Below are positions 48,331 to 58,460 of a DNA stretch of 64,000 nucleotides, in pieces. The stretch is from Alphaproteobacteria bacterium. GTDB taxonomy: Bacteria; Pseudomonadota; Alphaproteobacteria; MPNO01. The notes below the pieces were generated by a model. That model worked only from the letters and a program-made list of their open reading frames with translations. It was not told where the DNA came from and searched no databases. A program made the position numbers and the translations under genes. Position 1 is the stretch's first letter; the number at the start of each line of letters is the position of its first letter. The stretch is taken from positions 2,656,001-2,720,000 of the forward strand of contig OZ219866.1 of the NCBI GenBank assembly GCA_964291675.2. Direction: 5' to 3'.

Positions 48331-50607
48331 TCACAGCTCTGCGAGCTCGATCCCGTGGTCGATGGCGTAGTCCCGCAGGCGCTCCCGGATACTGTGATCC
48401 GGCAGGCTCAGAAGCGTCTTCATGAACCCGGCAAGCGCGCCTGCGTCGAGGCCGTTGACCATCGTCTTGACCGCCCCGAGCGTGCCTGCCGGCGCGGACA
48501 GGCTGCGGAAACCCACGCCGATCAGCGCCATCGCCTCGATCGGGCGGCCGGCCATCTCGCCGCACAGGGAAACCGCGACGCAGTCGTCGGAGCATCGGCG
48601 TGCCAGGTTCTCCAACACCGAGAGCAGGCCCGGGGAAAGCACGTCGTAGCGGTCCGCCACCAGGGGATTGCCGCGGTCGACGGCAAAGAGAAACTGGAAC
48701 AGGTCGTTGCTGCCGACCGACAGGAAGTCGACCTGCGGCAGGAGGGAGTCGAGCTGCCACATCAGGCTCGGCACTTCCAGCATCGCGCCCACCTCGAGCG
48801 GTTCGGGGATGCGCCGGCCGCGGCTCTTCGCCCGCTCGACTTCGAGGTCGAGTATGGCGCGTGCCGCCTCGAACTCCGCGACCTCGGCGATCATCGGGAA
48901 CATGACGCTCAGCGGGCTTCCGTCGCACGCCGCGATGAGGGCGCGGAGCTGCTGGCGCAGCATGCTCGGCCGGTCGAGCGCGACCCTGATCGACCGCCAG
49001 CCCATCGCCGGGTTCTGGTCGGCGGAATCGCGGAAATAGGGGAGCTGCTTGTCGCCGCCGATATCGAGCGTGCGGAACCTGACCGGCCGCCCCGCGGCGC
49101 CTTCCAGCACCCGGCGGTAAAGATCGGTTTGCGCCTCGACGCTGGGTAGCTCGGAGTGGAGCATGAACGGGATCTCGGTACGGTAGAGCCCCACCCCGTC
49201 CGCCCCGCTCGCCTCCAGCGATTGCAGGTCCATCAACAGCCCGGCGTTCACGTTGAGGCTGATATAGACGCCGTCCCTGGTGACCGCCGGCTCGTCCCGC
49301 TTGGCGCTGTAGGCCGCGAGGCGGCGCTGGCGGACGGAAAAATACTCCGCCACCGTTTGCTGGATGTCTTCCCCCGGCCGGACATAGACCTGGGAGTGGT
49401 CTCCGTCCACGATCACCGGATCCATCGGGTCGACCTGCGACAGCGCTCCCTTGACCCGGCCCACCACGGGGATGTCGAGCGCCCGGGCGACGATGGCGAC
49501 GTGCGAATTGGCCGAGCCCTCTTCCAGGATCAGGGCCTTGAGCCGCCGCGGCGCGTAGTCGAGGAGTTCCGCCGGGCCGATCGAATGGGCCACCAGGACC
49601 AGCGCCTCCGGCTGCTCCGCAAGATGCGCCGTGCGTACGTCGCCCGTCAGATGGTGCAGCATCCGGTAGGCCAGATCCTCAAGGTCCGCCATCCGTTCGC
49701 TCAGATAGGGGTCGGTGATCTGGCGCATCCGGGCGCGGGTGTCGTCGAGCACTTTCTGCACCGCGGCCTCGGCGGTCAGACCGCCGTCGATCGCTTCGCC
49801 GATGCGGCGCAACCAGCCCCGGTCCTCGGCGAACTTGCGGTAGGCGTGCAGCACGTCCAGGTGTTCGCCGGGTCGGCCGAGCGCATCCAGCGCAAGCATG
49901 TCGTCGAGCTCGCTATGCATCGACGACAGGGCTTCGGCGAGCCGCCGGTGCTCGGCCGCCGGGTCGTCGGCGACGAGCTGGGGGATGCTCACCCTCGGGG
50001 TGTGGTGCACGGCTTCCCCCGTGGCGAGGCCGCCGTTGATCCGGACTCCTTCGAGACGGATGGCGAGAATGGCGTTGCCCTGCGCCGGGGCGGTCTCCAC
50101 CGGGCTCACCAGCCCGCCGGAGGCGATCAGCTCGGCGATGACGACGGCGATCACCTCCAGCGTTTCGACCTCCTCGTCGCTGTATTGCCGCTGCGCCCGG
50201 TTCTGCACCACCAGGACGCCACGCACCCGCCCGCCCCGAATGACCGGCACGCCGAGCAGCGAGTGGAAGACCTCTTCTCCGGTCTCCGGCCGGTAGCTGA
50301 ATTGCGGGTGGCTCTGGGCATCGGGGAGGTTGAGGGGACGCGCCCGGGCCGCGACCTCGCCGACCAGCCCTTCGCCGACCCGGAGGCGGGTCAGGTGCAC
50401 CGCCGACGGGTTCAGGCCTTCGGTCGCGAACAGCTCGAGCGTTTCGCCGGCGCGCATCACGTAGACCGAGCACACCTCGGCAACCATTTCCGCCGCCACC
50501 AGCTTGACGATCTCGTCCAGGCGGTCCTGCGCCGAGCCGTCCCCGGCCATGATCGTCCGGAGCCGGCGAAGAGCCTGGCGGTGACCGCCCATGCCGGTCT
50601 GCGCCAT
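48331..50607 (-). CDS. ptsP: GAF-domain PEP--protein phosphotransferase EI-Ntr
   Basis: GAF (AEVCSVY, LFATEGL), NSHVAIVAR phospho-His, GLYRTE, FRTLDIGGDK, SVGSNDL, CGEMAG; ATG at 50607. Confidence 0.95.
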   Translation of the reverse strand: MAQTGMGGHRQALRRLRTIMAGDGSAQDRLDEIVKLVAAEMVAEVCSVYVMRAGETLELFATEGLNPSAVHLTRLRVGEGLVGEVAARARPLNLPDAQSHPQFSYRPETGEEVFHSLLGVPVIRGGRVRGVLVVQNRAQRQYSDEEVETLEVIAVVIAELIASGGLVSPVETAPAQGNAILAIRLEGVRINGGLATGEAVHHTPRVSIPQLVADDPAAEHRRLAEALSSMHSELDDMLALDALGRPGEHLDVLHAYRKFAEDRGWLRRIGEAIDGGLTAEAAVQKVLDDTRARMRQITDPYLSERMADLEDLAYRMLHHLTGDVRTAHLAEQPEALVLVAHSIGPAELLDYAPRRLKALILEEGSANSHVAIVARALDIPVVGRVKGALSQVDPMDPVIVDGDHSQVYVRPGEDIQQTVAEYFSVRQRRLAAYSAKRDEPAVTRDGVYISLNVNAGLLMDLQSLEASGADGVGLYRTEIPFMLHSELPSVEAQTDLYRRVLEGAAGRPVRFRTLDIGGDKQLPYFRDSADQNPAMGWRSIRVALDRPSMLRQQLRALIAACDGSPLSVMFPMIAEVAEFEAARAILDLEVERAKSRGRRIPEPLEVGAMLEVPSLMWQLDSLLPQVDFLSVGSNDLFQFLFAVDRGNPLVADRYDVLSPGLLSVLENLARRCSDDCVAVSLCGEMAGRPIEAMALIGVGFRSLSAPAGTLGAVKTMVNGLDAGALAGFMKTLLSLPDHSIRERLRDYAIDHGIELAEL

Positions 50608-50612
50608 CGGGA

Positions 50613-51683
50613 TCAGCCCCCGGCCGAGGCCCTCGCCTCGATGGCGGCGAGTGCCTGGTCGACCAGCTCGCCGATGATCTCCGCGGTCGGCTGCTCGCCG
50701 ACCACCATGCCGACGCTCTGTCCGGCCATCAGCGAACCCGAGTCGATGTCGCCGTCGATGACCGCGCGGCGCAGCGCGCCGGCCCAGAAATGCTCGATTT
50801 CGAGCTGCGCCTCGTCCTGCGCCATGTCGCCGGCGCGAACCTTGGCGATCACCCGTTTCTGGGTCTCGATGAAGGCCTGGGTTCCCTTGTTCTGCAGCGC
50901 CCGCACCGGGGTCACCGGAAAATCGGGGTCGACCTGCACCGAGGTCACCGCGTCGCGGGCCGAGGCCCGGATGAAGGCGCGCTTGAAATCGGGATGCGCG
51001 ATCGACTCGGTCGCGCACACGAACCGCGTGCCGAGCTGACAGCCCGACGCGCCGAGCTCCAGATATCCGAGGACCGCGTCGCCGCGCCCGATACCGCCGG
51101 CGATGAACACCGGAACCTGGTCGAGATTGGGCAGGATTTCCTGCGCCAGCACGCTGGTCGCCACCGGGCCCACATGGCCGCCCGCCTCCGCGCCCTCGAT
51201 GACGATCGCATCCGCGCCGAGCCGCACCAGCCGGCGCGCGACCGCCAGCGTCGGCGCGAAGCAGAGCACCTTCGCGCCGCTTTCCTTGATCCGGGCGATC
51301 GCCGGGCCCGGCGGCAGCCCGCCGGCGAGGATGACATGCGACACATGGTGGTCGCCGCAGACGTCGATCAGCGCGTCCAGCTGCGGATGCACGGTGATCA
51401 GGTTGACGCCGAAGGGGCGCGCGGTGAGGCGGTACGTGGCCTCGATCTCGGCGCTCAGCAGGTCGGGCGTCATCGCGCCGCAGGCGATGACGCCGAACCC
51501 GCCCGCGTTGGACAGCGCGGAGACCAGCTTGCGTTCCGACACCCAGGTCATCGCCCCGCCAAGGATGGCGTACTCGGCGCCCAGGAAAGCGCGGCCGCGG
51601 TGCCACAGGGCGTCGAGCCGCGCCCGTGCGGCGCGACGACCGGTCACCGACCTCTGACGTTCGCGGGCAGCGGTCCCGCTCAT
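50613..51683 (-). CDS. Nitronate monooxygenase / FabK-like FMN oxidoreductase
   Basis: ILGGAMTWVS, PFGVNL, EGAEAGGHVG, AGGIG, GCQLGTRF, SLMAGQSVG. Confidence 0.88.
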   Translation of the reverse strand: MSGTAARERQRSVTGRRAARARLDALWHRGRAFLGAEYAILGGAMTWVSERKLVSALSNAGGFGVIACGAMTPDLLSAEIEATYRLTARPFGVNLITVHPQLDALIDVCGDHHVSHVILAGGLPPGPAIARIKESGAKVLCFAPTLAVARRLVRLGADAIVIEGAEAGGHVGPVATSVLAQEILPNLDQVPVFIAGGIGRGDAVLGYLELGASGCQLGTRFVCATESIAHPDFKRAFIRASARDAVTSVQVDPDFPVTPVRALQNKGTQAFIETQKRVIAKVRAGDMAQDEAQLEIEHFWAGALRRAVIDGDIDSGSLMAGQSVGMVVGEQPTAEIIGELVDQALAAIEARASAGG

Positions 51684-52909
51684 GCGGTCTCGCCGTCGTC
51701 GAGACCGTAGGCGGTGTGCAGCGCACGCAGGGCGAGCTCGGTGTATTCCTCGGCCAGCAGCACGCTCACCTTGATCTCCGATGTCGATATCACCTGGATG
51801 TTGATGCCTTTCTCGGCCAGGGCGTTGAACATCTTCTGCGCGACCCCGGCATGCGACCGCATGCCGACTCCGATCACCGAGATCTTCACCACCTCCGGGT
51901 CGCCCTCGACGCGGCGGAAGCCGATCTTGTCGCGCGCCGCTTCGATCATGCCCAGCGCGCGATCGTAATCCGCCTGGGCGACGGTGAAGGTGATGTCGGT
52001 CTGCTTGCCGTCCGCCGATACGTTCTGGACGATCAGGTCGACATTGATGCTGGTCTCCGCCAGCGGGCCGAATATGCCGGCCGCGATCCCGGGGCGGTCC
52101 GGCACGCCCACGATGGTGACCTTGGCCTCGTCCCTGGTATAGGCGATGCCGCTGACGACTTGCTGTTCCACGTCCTCGTCCTCGTTGACCACGAAGGTGC
52201 CCGGCGCATCCACGAAGCTGGACAGCACCTGCAGCTCGACCCCGTGGTTCATCGCCAGCTCGACCGACCGGGTTTGCAGCACCCTGGCGCCCTGCGACGC
52301 CATCTCGAGCATCTCCTCGAAGGTGACTTTCTCGAGCTTGCGCGCCTTGGCGACGATTCGCGGGTCGGTGGTATAGATCCCGTCCACGTCGGTAAAGATG
52401 TCGCAGCGGTCGGCGCCGAGCGCGGCGGCGAGCGCCACCGCGGAGGTATCCGATCCGCCGCGCCCCAGCGTGGTGATGCGTCTCGCCGCGCTGAGACCCT
52501 GGAAGCCGGCGACGACCGGGACCTGACCCTGCGCCATGCGCCGCAACAGCTCGTCCGGGTCGATCTCGCCGATGCGGGCGCGGCCGTGCACGTCGTCGGT
52601 CAGGATCGGGACCTGCCAGCCGAGCCAGGACCGCGCGTCGACACCGGCGGCCTGGAGGGCGAGCGCCATCAGCCCCACCGTCGCCTGTTCGCCGGACGAC
52701 ACCACGACGTCGTATTCGCGCGCGTCGTGCACCGGGGCGATCTCGCGCGTCCACTCGACCAGCCGGTCGGTGGTTCCGGCCATGGCCGAGACGACGACGG
52801 CAACCTCGTTCCCGGCCGCGACCGCGTTGGCGACCCGGCCGGCGGCGGTGCGGATCCGGTCGATGTCGGCGACCGATGTTCCGCCGAATTTCTGCACGAG
52901 ACGCACCAC
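51680..52909 (-). CDS. lysC: Aspartate kinase
   Basis: VQKFGGTSV, VVSAM, TLGRGGSDT, TDVDG, two ACT domains, STSEIK. Confidence 0.96.
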   Translation of the reverse strand: MVRLVQKFGGTSVADIDRIRTAAGRVANAVAAGNEVAVVVSAMAGTTDRLVEWTREIAPVHDAREYDVVVSSGEQATVGLMALALQAAGVDARSWLGWQVPILTDDVHGRARIGEIDPDELLRRMAQGQVPVVAGFQGLSAARRITTLGRGGSDTSAVALAAALGADRCDIFTDVDGIYTTDPRIVAKARKLEKVTFEEMLEMASQGARVLQTRSVELAMNHGVELQVLSSFVDAPGTFVVNEDEDVEQQVVSGIAYTRDEAKVTIVGVPDRPGIAAGIFGPLAETSINVDLIVQNVSADGKQTDITFTVAQADYDRALGMIEAARDKIGFRRVEGDPEVVKISVIGVGMRSHAGVAQKMFNALAEKGINIQVISTSEIKVSVLLAEEYTELALRALHTAYGLDDGETA

Positions 52910-53049
52910 TCAGCGCTCCCCTGCCGCAAATGCGCCCAGGCCGGATACGCCGGGATTTCGGCCGCCGCGGAGCCATGCGGTCCGGCGCGCCGCAAGGCCG
53001 GACTCTGCATCCGGCTGGCCCTTCCGCGGGGGCGCGCATACATATACAC

Positions 53050-53808
53050 ATGATGGCTGACAAGCAACCGAAGCCCGGCCGCGTCGACCAAGCCGAGGTG
53101 GCGAGGTTCTCCGCCCTGGCCGATGCCTGGTGGGACCCCGAGGGCGCGTTCCGCCCGCTGCACAAGCTCAACCCGGTGAGAGTGCGCTACATCCGCGACG
53201 CGCTGTGCGCGGCGAACGGCCGCGGCGTAACAGCGCCGGAGCCGCTGTCGGGCATGGAGATCGTCGATGTCGGCTGCGGTGGCGGGCTGCTGTGCGAGCC
53301 CCTGGCCCGGCTCGGCGCGAAGGTGACCGGCATCGATCCGAGCGCCCGCAACATCGAAATCGCCGCCAATCACGCCGCCCGCAGCGGGCTCGATATCGCT
53401 TACCGCGTGGGCACCGTCGAGGATCTCGCCGCGGAGGGGCGGCGCTTCGACGCGGTGCTGGCGCTCGAGGTGGTCGAGCACGTGCCCGACCTCCGGGCAT
53501 TCGTCGCCGCCTGCGTGTCCGCCGCCAAGCCGGACGCCAGGCTGGTCTTCGCCACCCTCAACCGGACGCCCCGGTCCTTCCTGCTGGGGATCGTCGCGGC
53601 GGAATATGTCCTCCGCTGGCTGCCGCGCGGGACCCATGACTGGCGGCGCTTCGTGCGCCCGTCGGAGCTCGGGCGCGCGCTGGAGGCCGGCGGCGCCACG
53701 CTCACCGCGCTGGACGGGGTGCGCTACGACGTGCTGACCGACGACTGGCGGCTGACCCCGAACGTTTCGGTGAACTACATGGCGACGGCCGAACCCGCGC
53801 GAGGGTAG
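53050..53808 (+). CDS. ubiG: Ubiquinone biosynthesis O-methyltransferase
   Basis: WWDPEG.FRPLH.LNP.R, DVGCGGGLL, LEVVEH, AEYVL.WLPRGTH. Confidence 0.95.
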   Translation: MMADKQPKPGRVDQAEVARFSALADAWWDPEGAFRPLHKLNPVRVRYIRDALCAANGRGVTAPEPLSGMEIVDVGCGGGLLCEPLARLGAKVTGIDPSARNIEIAANHAARSGLDIAYRVGTVEDLAAEGRRFDAVLALEVVEHVPDLRAFVAACVSAAKPDARLVFATLNRTPRSFLLGIVAAEYVLRWLPRGTHDWRRFVRPSELGRALEAGGATLTALDGVRYDVLTDDWRLTPNVSVNYMATAEPARG

Positions 53809-53814
53809 GGGCGA

Positions 53815-54243
53815 TCAGGCGTCTTCGCGCGGGACCCAGGGAATGCGGCCGAAGGGGACGTCTTCCTCGATCAGCGCCTTGGTCTCGTCCTCGGTCGCTT
53901 CGCCGTAGATGTTGCGCTCGTCGGTCTCGCCGTTGTGGATCTTGAGCGCTTCGGTGGCGAAGTCGGGGCCGACATAGTCGCAGTTCTCTTCCACCTTGCG
54001 GCGCATCTCGCGCAACGTCTGGAGGTACTTGGTCCGCACTTGCGCCGGGTGCGGCATCTCGCCGGCGCCCTTCCTGGCGGCGCGCGACAGGCGCGGCGCC
54101 ATGATCGCCTTGCCGACGCGCACGTCGCCGCAGACCGGGCAGGCGACCTCGGCAGCCTCGACCTGACGGTCGAAGGTTCCGCTGTCCTTGAACCAGGCTT
54201 CGAACTCGTGGTCCCCGGCGCAGCGCAGGTTGTACAAGATCAT
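53815..54243 (-). CDS. DUF1178 family protein
   Basis: MILYNLRC..DHEFEAWF, CPVCG, KAIMAP, DYVG..FA.EA, IYGEA. Confidence 0.92.
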   Translation of the reverse strand: MILYNLRCAGDHEFEAWFKDSGTFDRQVEAAEVACPVCGDVRVGKAIMAPRLSRAARKGAGEMPHPAQVRTKYLQTLREMRRKVEENCDYVGPDFATEALKIHNGETDERNIYGEATEDETKALIEEDVPFGRIPWVPREDA

Positions 54244-54307
54244 CTAGGACCTACACATTGTTCCCGATGACTGAAACATCGCAGCTAATGTGGTCGATGT
54301 CGCCGCG

Positions 54308-54889
54308 ATGGGCAAGCCGTCCGTGACTCCGCACGGACGACTGGAATCGCCCTCGCCCTGGGTGCTGCGGTTCGCCCATCTGACGCCGCCAGGCGGCGGG
54401 GTGCTCGACCTTGCCTGCGGCACCGGGCGGCATGCGCGATACTTCCTGTCGCGCGGCCACAGGGTGACCGCGGTCGACCGTTACGGCGCGGGCGTCGCCG
54501 ACCTGCTGGGCCGCGCCGACTTCACGCTGATCGAGGCCGATCTCGAGGACGGCGGGGAATGGCCCGCCGGGGACCGCAAGTTCGCCGCCGTGGTGGTCGC
54601 CAACTACCTGTTCCGTCCCATCCTGCCGCACATCGTCGATGCGGTGGCAGACGGCGGCGTGCTGATCTACGAGACCTTCGCCGAGGGCAACGCGCGGTTC
54701 GGGCGGCCGCGCAACCCGGATTTCCTGCTGCGCCCGGGCGAGTTGCTGCGGGCGGTCGAGGGCGAGCTCTCGGTCGTCGCCTACGAGCACGGCGAGATCG
54801 CCCGCCCGGCGCCCGCCCTGGTGCAGCGCATCTGCGCCTGCCGCGGGTCGGGCTATTCGGCGGCGCGCAGGCTCGACGGCGGGGCGTAG
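54308..54889 (+). CDS. Class I SAM-dependent methyltransferase (TehB-like)
   Basis: PSPWV, VLDLACGTGRH, ADLE, VVANYL.RP, YETF, PDFLLRPGEL. Confidence 0.85.
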   Translation: MGKPSVTPHGRLESPSPWVLRFAHLTPPGGGVLDLACGTGRHARYFLSRGHRVTAVDRYGAGVADLLGRADFTLIEADLEDGGEWPAGDRKFAAVVVANYLFRPILPHIVDAVADGGVLIYETFAEGNARFGRPRNPDFLLRPGELLRAVEGELSVVAYEHGEIARPAPALVQRICACRGSGYSAARRLDGGA

Positions 54890-55698
54890 CGCCGGGCGTT
54901 GGCGAGCGCCGGCAGCGCCGCCCGGGCCTCGCGCACCCTGGCGGGCTCGATTTCCGCCAGCACGAACCCCGCCTCCTCGCCGCCGTCGGCGACGATGCCG
55001 CCCCACGGCTCGACCACCAGCGAGTGCCCGTAGCTCTCGCGCCGGCCCGCGTGGTCGCCGCACTGCGCGGGCGCGATGACGTAGCAGCCGGTCTCGATGG
55101 CGCGTGCCCGCAGCAGCGCGTGCCAATGCGCCCGACCGGTAATCCGGGTGAACGCCGAGGGCACCGCGAGGAAATCCGCGCCCGCCTGCGCGAGGTCCCA
55201 GTAGAGCGCCGGGAAGCGGAGATCGTAGCATACCGTCATCCCGAGCCCGCCCCACGGCAGCGCCGCCACGACGGCCGCCGTGCCCGCTTCGTAGCGCTCG
55301 GACTCACGCGACCGCCGCCCGTCCGGCAGGTCGACGTCGAACAGGTGGATCTTGTCGTAGCGCGCCGCGACCCGGCCATGCGGATCGACCATAAAGGACC
55401 GGTTGGCGAGCCTGCCGCCGCCAAGCCCCACGGTGAGCGAGCCGACCAGGAGCCAGACGCCGGAGGCGGCGGCGAACGCCCTGAAGGCGGCGAGCGCCCG
55501 GTGATCGCTCTCGCCGCGCGCCTCGGCCGCCAGCGCCGCGCGGTCCGGCTCGATCAGCCCGACGACCTCGGGAAAGGCGATCAGATCCGCTCCGGCGGCG
55601 TGGGCGTCGCGCGCCAGCGCGAGCGCGGCCGTGAGGTTCGCGGACGCGTCGTTGCCGGTGTTCGTCTGGATGCAGGCGACCGTGAACGGTGCCGTCAC
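54853..55698 (-). CDS. Carbon-nitrogen hydrolase (Nit1-like deaminated glutathione amidase)
   Basis: FPE, YDKIHLFDV, VCYDLRFP, RARAIE, YGHSL. Confidence 0.92.
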   Translation of the reverse strand: MTAPFTVACIQTNTGNDASANLTAALALARDAHAAGADLIAFPEVVGLIEPDRAALAAEARGESDHRALAAFRAFAAASGVWLLVGSLTVGLGGGRLANRSFMVDPHGRVAARYDKIHLFDVDLPDGRRSRESERYEAGTAAVVAALPWGGLGMTVCYDLRFPALYWDLAQAGADFLAVPSAFTRITGRAHWHALLRARAIETGCYVIAPAQCGDHAGRRESYGHSLVVEPWGGIVADGGEEAGFVLAEIEPARVREARAALPALANARRYAPPSSLRAAE

Positions 55699-55958
55699 CG
55701 GCCGATCCCGAGCAAAGCGTCGAGCTCGCCTGCGCGTTCCAGATCCGCGAGGTCGTCCGAGCCGCCGACATGGCGGCCGTCGATGAAGATCTGCGGCACG
55801 GTTCGGCGCCCGCCCGCGCGCTGCATCATCTGCTGGCGCAGATTGGGGTCGCGGTCGACGTCGATCTCCTCATAGGCGACGCCCTTGCGGTTCAGCAAAG
55901 CCTTGGCCCGGCTGCAGAACGGGCACCAAAGGCTGGAATAGACTTCAATCCGGCTCAC
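55695..55958 (-). CDS. grxC: Glutaredoxin 3
   Basis: CPFC, TVPQIFI, GGSDDL. Confidence 0.93.
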   Translation of the reverse strand: MSRIEVYSSLWCPFCSRAKALLNRKGVAYEEIDVDRDPNLRQQMMQRAGGRRTVPQIFIDGRHVGGSDDLADLERAGELDALLGIGR

Positions 55959-56011
55959 CGTTACGACCCCGCGATCTCCCGCTTCCAATATGCCTTTCCG
56001 CGGCCGATTTT

Positions 56012-56773
56012 CTACCCGTTTCCCGTACCGTCCTGCGAGGTGACGCGGGCGAGGGCCAAAACGTCCACCCCGTCCGCGCCGGCGCGCCGCAATGCGCTCG
56101 CGCACGCCTCGGCCGTCGCCCCCGTCGTCAGCACGTCGTCGATCAGCAGCACCCGGCGTCCGGCGACCGCCGCCTTGCCCGCCGCGGTCACGGAGAACGC
56201 GCCGCCCACATTGCGCCGGCGCTCGGCCGGGCTCAACCGCCCCTGCGGCCGGGTCTTGCGGTGTCTCGCGAGCCCGTCCGGCAGCCATTCGAGCCCGGCG
56301 ACCCGGGCGAGGCCTGCGGCGAGCAGGGCCGACTGGTTGTAGCGCCTGGCGAACAGCCGCGCCCGGTGCAGCGGCACCGGCGCCAGGACCGGGGCGCCGT
56401 CGAGCAGCTCGCCCGCCGCGTTGGCCAGCCAGCGCGCGAATACCGGGGCCGCGTCCGTGCGGTCGCCGTGCTTGAACTTGAGCACCAGGCCGCGCGAGGC
56501 TTCGTCGTAGCGCAGCACCGCGCGCGCCCGGTCGAAGCGCGGCGGACGGCCGAGGCATCCCGCGCAAACCGTCTCGCCCGGCACTTCGTAGACGAACGGC
56601 TCGCCGCAGACCGCGCAGAACGGCGCGGCGATGAAGGTGAGCGCGGGCCAGCAGGCACCGCACAACGTGCCCGGGTCGCTCACCGCCACGCCGCAGGCGA
56701 GACAGCGCGCGGGCAGGACGAGGTCGACCAGCGCCCGCCCGGCGGCGACGGCGGTGGTGGCGAGGCCGCTCAC
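56012..56773 (-). CDS. comF: ComF family amidophosphoribosyltransferase-like protein
   Basis: Double zinc ribbon CxxC motifs, PVPLH, RRYNQ, LIDDVLTTGAT. Confidence 0.9.
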   Translation of the reverse strand: MSGLATTAVAAGRALVDLVLPARCLACGVAVSDPGTLCGACWPALTFIAAPFCAVCGEPFVYEVPGETVCAGCLGRPPRFDRARAVLRYDEASRGLVLKFKHGDRTDAAPVFARWLANAAGELLDGAPVLAPVPLHRARLFARRYNQSALLAAGLARVAGLEWLPDGLARHRKTRPQGRLSPAERRRNVGGAFSVTAAGKAAVAGRRVLLIDDVLTTGATAEACASALRRAGADGVDVLALARVTSQDGTGNG

Positions 56774-58353
56774 CCGTCGAACCGGCGGAACCGGGCGGTG
56801 CCGTCGGCTTCGAGCTGCGCGACCAGCTGCAGCTCCCATTCGAGATAGGCGTTCATCGCCTGGACCACGTCGCCGCCCCGGTCATAGGGCCTGAGCCAGA
56901 CATCGTCGGGGCGGTCCAGCATCGACTCCTCGCCGTCTCTGAGCGGCTTGCCCGCCGCCGCCCAGGCCTCGGTTCCGCCTTCGAGACAGGCGAATTCGCC
57001 GCCGCGCTCGGAAGCGGCCAGCCGGGCGAGCCGCCCGTCAGCCGAGGTCAACACCACCGTCCCTGCCTTCGGCAGCTTGTCCAGCACGCCATCCAGCCGC
57101 GATCTGAGCGCGAAACCAGCGCCCGGGATGTGTCCCGCCAGATAGGCACGGCTGCCGCCGAGATCGACCGCGGCCATGCTGCCGTCCGCGAGGCCCGCCG
57201 CAAGCGCCTCCACCCCGACCGAGCGGGCCTCCGCCCGGTCCAGACCGAGCAGGGCGGGCTGCCAGGCACCGGTTTCGATCTCGTCCGCCTCCGGGTCGAG
57301 GCGGTAGAGGGCGACCTCGGGCCAGCCCATCTCGACCAGCCAGGAGGCCGTCATCGTCGCCCGCACCCCGGTGTCGTCGATCAGCACGACCCGCGCATTG
57401 CGGGTGCCGATCACCGCGTCCGTCGTCTGCACGAGCTGGCCGCCCGGGATCGGGCGCGAGCCGGCGAGGTGGCCGGCCTCGTATTCGTCGACGCCGCGCA
57501 CGTCGAGCAGAAACAGAGAGCGCCGGTCCGCCTCGGCGCGCCTTGCGGCCAGCCCGTCGCGGTCGATGGTCTCGATGCCGCTTCCGGCCGCGACCCGGGA
57601 CGCACAGGATTGGGCCCGGGCAAGGCCCTGCGGGCTGACCGCGGGCGGCGGGCGTTCGTTGCCGCGTTCCAGCGTGAAACCGGCCAGCGCCCAGCCCATG
57701 GTGCCGTTGCGCAGCGCCATCACCCTGTTGGGAATGCCCGCCTTGATCAGCGACTGCGCGCCGATGATGCTGCGCGTCCGCCCGGCGCAGTTGACCACCA
57801 CCGTGGTGTCGGGGGAGGGCGCGATGTCGTGCACCCGGTAGGCGAGCTCGGCGCCCGGCACGTCGATCGCGGTCGGGATGTTCATGCGGCGGAATTCGTC
57901 CATCGGGCGGCTGTCGAGGACCACGAGGTCGTCGCCCGCGTCGAGCCGCGCCTTGAGCTCCTCGGCGGTGATGTTGGGGGTGTGGCAGGTCTCCTCGACA
58001 TACTCGCCGAACGCCTTGCTCGGGACGTAGACGCCGCTGAACAGCACATACCCCGCGCGCTCCCACGCGCCGGTGCCGCCGTCGAGGATCGAGACATCGG
58101 TGTAGCCGAGATCGGCGAGCCGGTCCGCCGCGCGCTCCGCCAGCCCGTCGCCGTCGTCGCACAGGACGACGCGCGCGGCCCGCCGGGGAACCAGCGCGTC
58201 GATGCCGAATTCGAGCCGGCTGAGCGGAAGCGAGCTCGCGAACAGGAGGTGGGAGTCCGAAAACACTCCTTCCTCGCGAACGTCGAGCAGCGCGAGCTCG
58301 CCGCCGTCGAGCAGCATCGCGCGCAGCTCCTGCGCGGTGACCGTGTTCGCCAT
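56770..58353 (-). CDS. Multi-domain (about 4x) rhodanese / sulfurtransferase
   Basis: LLDVRE, VLDSRP, VNCAGRTRS, LLDVRG..EY..GH, GHIPGA, YLEWE. Confidence 0.85.
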   Translation of the reverse strand: MANTVTAQELRAMLLDGGELALLDVREEGVFSDSHLLFASSLPLSRLEFGIDALVPRRAARVVLCDDGDGLAERAADRLADLGYTDVSILDGGTGAWERAGYVLFSGVYVPSKAFGEYVEETCHTPNITAEELKARLDAGDDLVVLDSRPMDEFRRMNIPTAIDVPGAELAYRVHDIAPSPDTTVVVNCAGRTRSIIGAQSLIKAGIPNRVMALRNGTMGWALAGFTLERGNERPPPAVSPQGLARAQSCASRVAAGSGIETIDRDGLAARRAEADRRSLFLLDVRGVDEYEAGHLAGSRPIPGGQLVQTTDAVIGTRNARVVLIDDTGVRATMTASWLVEMGWPEVALYRLDPEADEIETGAWQPALLGLDRAEARSVGVEALAAGLADGSMAAVDLGGSRAYLAGHIPGAGFALRSRLDGVLDKLPKAGTVVLTSADGRLARLAASERGGEFACLEGGTEAWAAAGKPLRDGEESMLDRPDDVWLRPYDRGGDVVQAMNAYLEWELQLVAQLEADGTARFRRFDG

Positions 58354-58460
58354 CGTCCGCACCTCCCAAGGCTTGCCCGGCGGAATTTAGCCGATTTGCG
58401 CCCGGCATTGCATGCCGGGAACCGATTGAGCGCCGGCCGCCCGGGTGCGATAACGATGCG

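Noticed and set aside
50608-51726. Apparent N-terminal extension making PtsP 1131 aa (possible fusion)
   Set aside because: The extension is an off-frame read through the nitronate monooxygenase gene; PtsP homology starts at the ATG at 50607.
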